Below the pieces are notes generated by a model. The model ran no database searches. It saw nothing but the letters and a program-made list of their open reading frames with translations, and was not told the origin of the DNA. Below are positions 27,251-37,367 of a DNA stretch of 64,000 nt, piece after piece. The first letter of the stretch is position 1. Every line of letters starts with the position of its first letter. The DNA is from Octopus sinensis (lineage: Eukaryota). The stretch is from positions 34,596,001 through 34,660,000 of the forward strand of contig NC_043002.1 in NCBI RefSeq assembly GCF_006345805.1, written 5' to 3'. The translations under genes and the position numbers were made by a program.

Positions 27251-27744
27251 CTCTCTCTCCCTCCACAAGACAAGGATAAAAAGAAATCCAGACAATTTTT
27301 TGAAAAGGGACATTTTGCTCCCCTTGGAGTGACCAGCTAGGTTTGCCATTTCTAAAAGCCAAGAATCCCTTACCATTGAAAGACTGACCAGCTGCAAAGA
27401 TATCAGTAATTTTTCTTCTTTCTCTCCTCCTTCTTCTTCGTGTCCTCTTTTTCTTTAACACTTATTTAAGATACAAAAACACACGATCTCTCTCTCTCAC
27501 TTTCTCCCCATTCTTCACCCTCTTGTAGTATCTTATATCTCTCCCCGATCCCTACACACTCAATAATACTATAAAAGGAGACAAAATTCCTGCAAAAGTT
27601 CAATTTAAACCTCCAATAGAGTGGACGAAAGCCTTTTATGATATATGATCCATAAAAAATGTAGCATACTAATAAATATCTGTAAATATAAAACCATCCA
27701 GCAATATAAAACCAACCAGTCAATTGGACCAAAAGAAAAATCGT

Positions 27745-27836
27745 CGCCCGCAGAGGGACTTGAACCCGCGACCCTCAGATTTCATAACTCGGCATTTCTT
27801 AAAAGTCTGATGCTCTACCGACTGAGCTATGCTGAC
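27745..27836 (-). pseudogene. tRNA-Lys pseudogene
   Basis: 5' acceptor strand GTCAGCA gives two mismatches. Confidence 0.75.
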
Positions 27837-28361
27837 TGACACATGATTCAACGAAAATTTAGATAGATTAAATCGAATTTTTTTGAATTCGGAAATGCCC
27901 AACGTCGTCGAGTCATATCGAGGGAATGCCCATATATTAACAATTGGCTGTGTTTTCATGGCGTCACTCTGTTAGCTTACGCTAATGTATATTGACTATT
28001 CTTTACAGGTTTCTATTAAATGTGTGATTGTGATTTTCATTCTTTATCAAAGGATATCTATCTCTCTATATATCTTGTTTTCTGGCACTAATATCATAAT
28101 ATCTTATATAATCAATGGTGTTGTTCTTAATGCGCAGTTGTGGTGCAACGAAGTTTAATATATGAAAATACATGATAATATAAGAGGAGCCATTGTGTGT
28201 GATTTTAGATGGCTGAAATGGATCTAGTACCATTTAAATATATGTCTCTTTATAGATGAAAACTGTAGTCAGAGATCTATACTCATGCTTCAGAGAGTTA
28301 CAGGGTGAAAATGTATTCGACCACGAGAAAAATGAAATGGTATTGCAAGAAAATAATATGT

Positions 28362-28454
28362 CGCCCGCAGAGGGACTTAAAAACCGCGACCCTCAGATTT
28401 CATAACTCGACAGTTCTTAAAAGTCTGATGCTCTACCGACTGAGCTATGCGGGC
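28362..28454 (-). pseudogene. tRNA-Lys pseudogene
   Basis: B box destroyed (GGTTTTTAAG). Confidence 0.8.
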
Positions 28455-28877
28455 TTCCGGCCGCCCAGTTTAACTTTTAGACGATTGAAATATTATGGAC
28501 TTAGCTACACATTCCTTGTTAACTGAAACGATTGTTGTATAAAGCCGTCATCTGGTATCTTACGTCACCTCGTAGTGATTACTAATAATTCCTTCACATT
28601 TACTGCTGATATTTAATGTAGTAATTCGTTCACTCATCAAGTCCCATCCTGGTAAAGTCAAATTGGTCATTCAAAATGTATATACACTACTTCTTTCAAT
28701 TATAATCTTTTCTACCCTAGGCACAAGGCCCGGCATTTTTGTGGAGGGGGCCAGTCGAATAGATCGACCCCAGTGCGCAGGTGGTATAATATAGCACTGT
28801 ACCTATGCCTATGTTTAGCCCCTTGTGGGTAATAAAGAACAGGTATAAATAGCCCTCATCTGTTTCAGTTGGGACAC

Positions 28878-29113
28878 GAGAACTATTATGAAGTATTTTT
28901 CCATATTTCTCCTGAAAGAGGTGTCATTCTTTGGACATTTGTAGAAAGAAAAGATCTTAAATTTTCCTTCTCACATGTATCTGGGTATTTACTCAGCGAA
29001 ACACCTAGAAACATGTGGAGAAGGAAAATTTAAGATCTTTCCCTTCTACAAATGTCCAAAGAATGACACCTCCTTCAGGAGAAATATGGAACATACTTCA
29101 TAACAAAGTTCCC
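28878..29113. mobile_element. ~240-bp palindromic element, more diverged
   Basis: Inverted arms as above. Confidence 0.75.
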
Positions 29114-29454
29114 CACCAAATTAAATAGCTGAAAATATTTCTATAATATTTTGTACTAGATGAAGGACCAATTTGTAAAGTAAAATTGTATTAAACACAC
29201 ACACCACACACACACACACACACACCACCACATGCACACAAACAGTACTACACATATGTACATATACAAAATAAAAACTCTTTCATCCAGATTCTCCATC
29301 CCATATCAGCACAGGTATCACACATTGGATTGAAAGACTCACCAGTTGCAAAATGTAAACACATTTTTTTTCTTGTTTCCCTCCTCCTCCTCCTTCCTTT
29401 CATTCCCGTTCCCATTTGACACTTCCTTTCAGATACACAGACACCAAACACACG

Positions 29455-29494
<40 letters not shown>

Positions 29495-30023
29495 AGACAA
29501 TAATATGAAAGAAATCCAGACAATTTATTTAAAAGTGACATTTTGCTCCGCTGGAGTGACCAGCTGGTTGCCCATTTCTAAAAACTAAGAATTACTTACC
29601 ATTGAAGACTGACCAGCTGCAAGATATCAGCAATTTTTTCTTCTTTCTCTCCTTCTTCTTTCTTTCCTTCTCTTTTCTTAACACTTCTTTAAGATACAAA
29701 AAAACACACGATCTCTCTCTCTCTCACTCACTTTCTCCCCATTCTTCACCCTTGTAGTATCTTATATCTCTCCCCGCCCCTACACACTCAATAATACTAT
29801 ATAAGGAGACAAAATTCCTGCAAAAGTTCAATTTGAAAACTCCACAGGGTGGACGAAAGCGCTTTATATGATATATGATTCATAAAATCATGTAACATGC
29901 TAGTAATTATCTGTACATATAAACATACAATACATATCTGTAAATATAAAACCATCCAGCAAATATAAAACCAACCAGTCAATTGGTCATTTCTTCTGCA
30001 ACAATTTCCAAAAGAAAATTTGT

Positions 30024-30115
30024 CGGCCGCAGATGGACTTGAACCCGTGACCCTCAGATTTCATAACACGGCAGTTCTTAAAAGCCTGATGCTCTACCGA
30101 CTGAGCTATGCGGGC
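30024..30115 (-). pseudogene. tRNA-Lys pseudogene
   Basis: G71>C, C63>A, G49>A, A31>G. Confidence 0.8.
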
Positions 30116-30371
30116 TGACATACGCGTCATGGAAATTTAGATAGATTAAATCTTTTGAACTTAGCTACTAGATACATACGTACAACATACATACATACAT
30201 ACATACATACATACATACACTACATGCATGCATGCATACATGCATGCATGCATGCATGCATGCATGCATACATACAATACATCATACATGCACACATACA
30301 TACATACATACATACATACATACATACATACATACATACATACATACATACTACACACACCAAATACTCAG

Positions 30372-30411
30372 ATGAATCTGAGGGTCGCGGGTTTAAGTCC
30401 CTCTGCGGGCG
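30372..30411 (+). pseudogene. Inverted tRNA-Lys 3'-half
   Basis: ATGAATCTGAGGGTCGCGGGTTTAAGTCCCTCTGCGGGCG. Confidence 0.8.
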
Positions 30412-30680
30412 ACGAGTTTTTGTTTTTAGAATTGTCCCAGAAGAAATAACCAATTGACTGGTTTCAAATATGGGAATTCAATTTCTATAATTCAATTGAT
30501 TGGATGTGGAAACAGCTGCAAGCAGGAATTTCTTCGCATGAATTCGAATTTCTTTGAATTCGGAAATGCCCGATGTCGTCGAGTCATATCGAAGGAATGC
30601 CCTATATTAACAATTGGCTGTGTCTTTATGGGGTCACTCTGTATGCTCCACGCTAATGTATTTGACTATTCTTTACATAT

Positions 30681-30723
<43 letters not shown>

Positions 30724-30934
30724 TATATATATATATATATGACAAAAAGAAGATGGAAGAAAAAAGAAGTACAGAAGTTATCTATTCAAGAATTCGAATT
30801 CCTGCAGAGAAATTCCTGCTTGCAGCTGTTTTCCACACCAAATCAATACAATAAAAGAAATTTAAATTATCACATTTGAAACCAGTCAATTAGGTATTTC
30901 TTCTTCAGGGACATTTTCCAAAGAAAGAAATCGT

Positions 30935-31025
30935 CGCCCGCAGAGGGACTTGAAACCGCGACCCGCAGATTTCTCACTTGACAGTTCTTAAAAGTCTGAT
31001 GCTCTACCGACTGAGCTATGCGGGC
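30935..31025 (-). pseudogene. tRNA-Lys pseudogene
   Basis: G53>T, A43>C, diverged 18-nt intron. Confidence 0.75.
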
Positions 31026-31325
31026 AGACAATTACACCCAACGAAAATTTAGATAGATTAAATCTTTTGAACTTAGCTACTATAAACATACGTACATACA
31101 TGGAAACATACATACATCTACATACATACATACAACATACATACATACATACATACATACATACATACATACATACATACAATACTACTGTAATGGTTAC
31201 AGTTCCCATTGCACATCTCAGATCGTTATAATCCTACATAACACATATTGGCATTCTTTCGATATAACTCGACAACGCATTTTACGAAATTCATTAAAAG
31301 ATGTCTGTGGCGTTTCGTCGCCATA

Positions 31326-31410
31326 TAGGTTTTAGGGTTAGGGTTTTGGGTTAAGGTTTTAGGGTTAGGGTTAAGGTTTTAGGTTTAGGGTCGGGTTTTT
31401 AGGGTGAGGG
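31326..31410 (+). repeat. Degenerate TTAGGG (telomere-like) repeats inside a ~450-bp interspersed element
   Basis: TTAGGGTTAGGG variants. Confidence 0.75.
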
Positions 31411-32197
31411 CTGTCATAAATAGCAGTGACAAACGAAATATACACCACCGGAAGTTCTTGCTGACAATAACAGCATTAATTTTATTCAGCTGATACACGT
31501 TATCGATTGGTTGAAATTATCGAAACACGAGAACTTTAAGGTGAAATATCTTCGCAAATATAAGTTTTTCTCAAAAATACTAAGAGTAAAACATGTTTTA
31601 TATGACACATTCTACCAGTGTCCGAAGTTTGAAAGTGTTTAGTTAGAAAAAATTATTTTTTAATCTGTAGGTCTTGTTTTCTGGCACTAATATCATAATA
31701 TCTTAAAATTAATAATCAGTGGTCTTGTTCTTAATGTGTTACCAGTGGTGCACAAAGTTTGATATATGAAAATACATGAAAATTTAAGAGAGCTATTGTG
31801 TGTGATTTTTAGATAGCTGAAATGGATCTAGTACGATGTAAATATACGTTTGTTTGTAGATGAAACTGTAGTCAGAGATCTCTATCATGCTTCACAGAAT
31901 TGCCAGGGCCGTCAGTTAATTTACTTGTGACAATGATTAAATTTTACTTGTTTCAGTCATTAACTGTGGCCAATATATGACATAGCGCGGTAGGAATAAA
32001 ACAGCAAAAAACTGAATGCTAATGGAAATAGAAGAGCGTAACAATATTCGAAACCGGAATGACACATTGCCAAACTGGAAAATGTGATGAGCAGCAAGAA
32101 AAGATAGAGCCAAAAGGGAAAACATTGTAACAGTAGCAGAGTGAAAATGTATTCGACTACGAGAAAAAAAAAATGGCATTGCAAGAAAATAATATGT

Positions 32198-32289
32198 CGC
32201 CCGCAGCGGGACTTGAACCCGCGACCCTCAGATTTTATTACTCGACAGTTCTTAAAAGTCTGATGCTCTACCGACTGAGCTATGCGGGC
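32198..32289 (-). tRNA. tRNA-Lys-TTT: tRNA-Lys(UUU) with fully paired T stem
   Basis: GCGGG/CCCGC; intron ends ATAAA. Confidence 0.8.
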
Positions 32290-33463
32290 TTCCGTTAAGC
32301 CAGTTTAACTTTTAGACAAATGAAATATTATGGACTTAGCTAGACATTCCTTGTTAACTGAAACGATTGTTGTATAAAGCTGTCATCTGATATCTTATGT
32401 CACCCCGTAGTGATTACTAATAATTCCTTCACATTTACTACTGATATTTAATGTAGTAATTCGTTCACCCCATCAAGTCCCATCCTGATAATTATGGTCA
32501 TTCAAAATGTATATACACTACTCACTTTCAATTAAAATCTTTTCTACTCTAGGCACAAGGCCCGACATTTTTGTGGACGGGCGCGAGTCGAAAAGATCGA
32601 CCCCAGTACGCAGCTGTATAATATAGCCATCAGTTATTTCAGTTGCATCACGCAATATCTCCCCCCCCCTCCAACACCACCACTACCACCTCTATCTTCA
32701 TCATCATCATCATCATCATCATTATCACCACTCGAACATTGCTGTCGAGAGTTCTAGGATTCAAGGGGGCAGTTACCTCGTCTCTATGGCGTGTAGGTGA
32801 CCGTATTACTGCAATGCTCCTCAATGAGATGCCAGTCCATTGCAGAAATACTCATTGCAGATGAGTGGACAACAGTGGACTACTACTACATACACACACA
32901 CACACGCACGCACGCACGCACACACACACACTCACACACACACACACTCACACACACACACTGTAATAAGACAACAAGGAAGTGTATTTGTTTGACGCTG
33001 GGGAATGAAAAATGTGCTTTACTTTTCGCGCCTACGCTCTTCAATAGAAAGGGATAAGAGAAAATAAACAGAGAAAGAAAAACAATGAAAAAATCTTGTA
33101 GATTTCAGCGGTCCAACATGGCGATTTATTGGAGAAAAAAAGAGGTTGAAAGGAGCGAGATAATAATTAAGAAGAGGTTTATGATAATAAAGTGCTAGTG
33201 ATGGCAAGAAGAGAAGGGGCGCGTGCGTGTGTGTTTATGCGAGAATGGTGTGTGTGAGTGAGCAAGTGTGTGTGAATAGGGGTGAGTAACTCTGACGTGC
33301 GTGTTTGTGCGTATATAACGTGTGTGTGTGTGTGTTAGTGTATGTGACCAAGAGTGTGCATGTATATGATGTATGTATGTATGAGGGCGCAGTTATCTTT
33401 GTGTATGTATTTTGCGTGTGTCAATGCGTATATATATATACAGTACTTTACATACATATATAT

Positions 33464-33518
<55 letters not shown>

Positions 33519-33521
33519 CAA

Positions 33522-33563
<42 letters not shown>

Positions 33564-33748
33564 GTCAAAAAGAAGAGAGAAAAAATGAAGTACAGAAGTT
33601 TATTTATTCAAAGAAATTCGGATTCCTGCAGAGAAATTCCTACTTGCAGCTGTTTCCACACCAAATCAATCAATTAAAGAAATGTAATGATCACATTTGA
33701 AACCAGTGAATAGGTATTTCTTCAGGACAATTTCCAAAGAGAAATCGT

Positions 33749-33838
33749 CGCCCGCAGAGGGACTTGAACCCGCGACCCTCAGATTTCATCACTTACAGTT
33801 CTTAAAGTCTGATGCTCTACCGACTGAGCTATGCGGGC
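33749..33838 (-). tRNA. tRNA-Lys body with predicted UUA (ochre suppressor) anticodon, 17-nt intron
   Basis: Loop CT-TTA-A, exons otherwise consensus; may be a homopolymer error. Confidence 0.5.
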
Positions 33839-34076
33839 TGACAAGTCATCAACGAAAATTTAGATAGATTAAATCTTTGAACTTAGCTACATATACATAT
33901 GTACATACATACAAACATTCATACATACATACAATACTACTGGCAATGGCTACAGTTCCATTACACAATCTCAGATCGTTATAATCCTACATATCATATA
34001 TTGGCATTCCTAGATATAACTCGACAACGCATTTTAATAAACTCATAAACATTGTCTGTGGGTGTATCGTCGACAA

Positions 34077-34148
34077 CTAGGTTTAGAGCGTTAGGGTTAG
34101 GGGTTAGCGTTAAGGTTTTAGGTAGGGTTGGGGTTTTGAGTTAGGGTT
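34077..34148 (+). repeat. Degenerate TTAGGG repeats (paralog of 31326-31410)
   Basis: Direct inspection. Confidence 0.7.
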
Positions 34149-34929
34149 GTCATAAATAGCAGTGACAAACGAAATATCCACCACCGAATTTCTTGTTGAT
34201 AAACAACAGCAGTCATTTTATTTATCTGAATACACGTCATCGATTGCTTGAAATTATCAAAATCTTCGTAAATTAAGTTTTTCTCAAAAATGCTAAGAGT
34301 AAAACATGTTTATATGACACATTCTACCAGTGTCCGAAGTTTGAAAGTGTTTAGTTAGAAAAATTTTTTTTTAAATCTGTAGGTCAAAGGTAAAGATCCT
34401 ATCTTGTTTTCTGGCACTATATCATAATATCTTAAAATGTAATAATCAGTGGTCTTGTTCTTATGTGTTACCAGTGGTGCAACGAAGTTTGATATATGAA
34501 AATACATGACAATTTAAGAGGAGCTACTGTGTGTCATTTTAGATGGCTGAAATGGATCTAGTACGATGTAAATATATGTTAGTTTGTAGATGAAAACTGT
34601 AGTCAGAGATCTATACCCATGCTTCACAGAATTGCCAGGGCAGCCAGATAATTTACTTGTGAGAATGTTTAAATTTTACTTGTTTCAGTCATTAGACTGT
34701 GGCCGAGATGCTGACAGCGTGGTAGGAATAAAAGAGCAAAAGCCTGAATGCTAATGGAAATAGAAGAGAGTAAAAATATTTCGAAAGACCAGAATGACAT
34801 TGCCAAGCTGGAAAATGTGATGAGCAGCCAGAAAAGATTGAGCCAAAAGGGAAAAACAATTGTACAGTAGCAGGGTGAAAATGTATTCGACTACGAGAAA
34901 AAAAATGGTATTGCAAGAAAATAATATGT

Positions 34930-35021
34930 CGCCCGCAGAGGGACTTGAACCCGCGACCCTCAGATTTCATAACACGACAGTTCTTAAAAGTCTGATGCTC
35001 TACCGACTGAGCTATGCGGGC
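34930..35021 (-). tRNA. tRNA-Lys-TTT: tRNA-Lys(UUU), 19-nt intron
   Basis: Consensus exons. Confidence 0.9.
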
Positions 35022-35421
35022 TTCCGTTAAGCCAGTTTAACTTTTAGACAAATGATATTATGGACTTAGCTAGACATTCCTTGTTAACTGAAACGATTGT
35101 TGTATAAAGCTGTCATCTGATATCTTATGTCACCCGTAGTGATTACTATATTCCTTCCACATTAACTACTGGTATTTAATATAGCATTCGTTCACTCATC
35201 AAGTCCCATCCTGGTAAAGTCATATGGTCATTCAAAATGTATATACACTACTCACTTTCATTATAATCTTTTCTACTCTAGGCACAAGGCCCGACATTTT
35301 TGTGGACGGCGCGAGTCGAAAAGATCGACCCCAGTACGCAGCTGGTATAATATAGCCATCAGTTATTTCAGTTGCATCACGCAATATTTCCTCCTCCTCC
35401 ACCACCACCACTACCACCTCT

Positions 35422-35462
<41 letters not shown>

Positions 35463-36191
35463 TATCACCACCGAACATTGCTGTCGAGAGTTCTAGGGAT
35501 TCAAAGGGCGGTTACCTCGTCTCTATGGTGTGTAGGTGACCGTATTACTGCAATGCTCTCAATGAGATGCCAGTCCATTGCAGAAACTCATTGCGATGAG
35601 TGGACTACTACTACATACACACACCACACACACACGCGCACACACACACCAACACACACCACACACACACACACACACACACCACACACACACACACACA
35701 CACACGTGTATAAGACACAATGAAGTGTATTTGTTTGACGCCGGGGAAAATACATGAAATTTAAGAGAGCTATTGTGTGTGATTTTAGATGGCTGAAATT
35801 GATCTAGTACGATGAAATATACGTTTCTTCTTTAGTAATGAAAACTTTAGTCAGAGATCTCTATCCATGCTTCACAGAATGGCCAGTCAGTTAATTTACT
35901 TGATACAATGATTGAATTTTACTTATTTCAGTCATTAGACTGTGGCCGAAGATGATGACATAGCGCGGTAGGAATAAACACGCAAAAGACTGATGCTAAT
36001 GGAAATAGAAGAGCGTAAAAATATCTCGAATGACCGGAATGACATTGCCAAGCTGGAAAACGTGATGGGCAGCAAGAAAAGATTGAGCAAAAAGAAAAAT
36101 TTTGAATGAGAACTGTAACAGCAGCAAGGTGAAAATGTGTTTGACTAAGAAAAAGGAAAAAAAAAAAAATGGTATTGCATGAAAAATTTGT

Positions 36192-36281
36192 CGCCCAGAG
36201 GGACTTGAACCCGCGACCCTCAGATTTCATAACACTACAGTTCTTAAAAGTCTGATGCTCTACCGACTGAGCTATGCAGGC
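36192..36281 (-). pseudogene. Terminal tRNA-Lys pseudogene
   Basis: 2-nt deletion in 3' acceptor strand, C4>T. Confidence 0.8.
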
Positions 36282-36857
36282 TGACTGATATCGAAAGTGA
36301 ATTTTAGGGTAGATTAATATTTGAACCACTACTATTGACAATTGTTAATTTGTTGTGAAGTGAAGTGAAAAAGCATATCGCTGCCGTAGTTTGTCGTTTC
36401 TTGTGTCCGAGAAATCTCATTTCTTTTCACAATTAAGTGGTTCCTCCGTGTTGAGTGCTTTAACGAGTGGGAAGGCCAGTCTCGCGTAAAATATTCTGGA
36501 ATATGGTGAGAGCGTAGTTGTTTTTTTAATGTTTTTTCTTCAACTTTTCTTTTTCTTTTGACTTCAAAGAAGTTAATTCTTGTGATGATAGAGTGATGCC
36601 AATTGAAGTAGTTCTGGGTTCACGTTTTTGTGTCAATTCCAGTTGACTATTTTCTTTATCTTGGAGCTATCGTTTTCCACCAATTGTACTTTGGAATGAT
36701 GTGGAACGCAGACTTGGACCAGCCGTTCAACAGTTTTGAACCTGGGTCTTTAATAACAACACTTGATTCCGCCTAAACGAAACTGATTGTCGTCAATTCA
36801 GTAATATCATATCGTTGGATACTTTATACACAGAACATTAAAATCATTGCGCTGTCT

Positions 36858-36943
36858 TCAAGGGCTCGGGAACGGGGGTGCAGCGGGTGCACCTGCACCC
36901 CTTGGAATTTTCAGGTGGTGCAAGATCAAAATTTGCACCCCCT
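36858..36943 (+). mobile_element. Probable DNA-transposon (hAT-like) terminus remnant
   Basis: GGGGGTGCAGCGGGTGCACCTGCACCCC subterminal hairpin motif. Confidence 0.35.
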
Positions 36944-37149
36944 ACATATATTACCAGTTTCAGAAAATAGTGTCTCAAAAGTTATCTGTATAAGATGCTT
37001 GAAGCTAGATTTCGTTTCAAGGCAAAAACAAAGAACAAAAAATAAATAAATAAAAGTGATGAAGCTGGGCTTAAATTCCCAAGGGAATTTATGACTGACC
37101 AACTTCTGAAGCAAAGTAGCGTCAAGAGAAAAAAGAAATTACAACGTGC

Positions 37150-37367
37150 TTCGTGGTCTGATACCACACAGCTCCTTTATAAGATCCATTAGCTCAAGAC
37201 ATTCATCAGGAGGAACCACGTCCGGTTTCAGCCCCTACTCCTCTACTATTTTGACGTGGCGAGGCACTCTTTCGGAGGTGTCTTCAGCTCTGGTGTTGGG
37301 TGCATGTCTTCTTTCTTCTGTTCCTGCTCCTCTCGATGTATCATCAGCGAGTATCAGCCGGTGACTG
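37150..37367 (-). mobile_element. 5' fragment of a non-LTR element (ORF1 start)
   Basis: Starts with the same CAGTCACCGGCTGAYACTCGCTG as the 37368-39027 element. Confidence 0.5.

Larger units (their letters stand above)
53..36281 (-). repeat. Tandem cluster of 28 intron-containing tRNA-Lys(UUU) genes/pseudogenes in shuffled repeat modules
   Basis: Recurrent minus-strand GCCCGCATAGCTCAGTCGGTAGAGCATCAGACTTTTA-[19-nt intron]-ATCTGAGGGTCGCGGGTTCAAGTCCCTCTGCGGGCG, closely similar to metazoan tRNA-Lys(TTT); all full copies on the same strand, most followed by an oligo-T run. Confidence 0.95.

Noticed and set aside
53-36281. CRISPR array interpretation of the repeated motifs
   Set aside because: Repeats are eukaryotic tRNA genes 0.6-2.7 kb apart with homologous spacers; no cas genes
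53-36281. tRNA copies as SINE heads
   Set aside because: They retain introns, end at N73 with genomic T-run terminators and share tandem flanks; no SINE body or TSD
4-36341. Many 60-180 aa ORFs (MKSEGRGFKSLCGRR..., HTHTHT, YIYIYI, poly-S/V/T)
   Set aside because: Chance translations of tRNA genes and microsatellites; broken by indels between paralogs
36360-36512. Possible first exon of a plus-strand gene (CpG-richer, AATATG|GTGAGA)
   Set aside because: Weak donor and no supporting downstream exon visible
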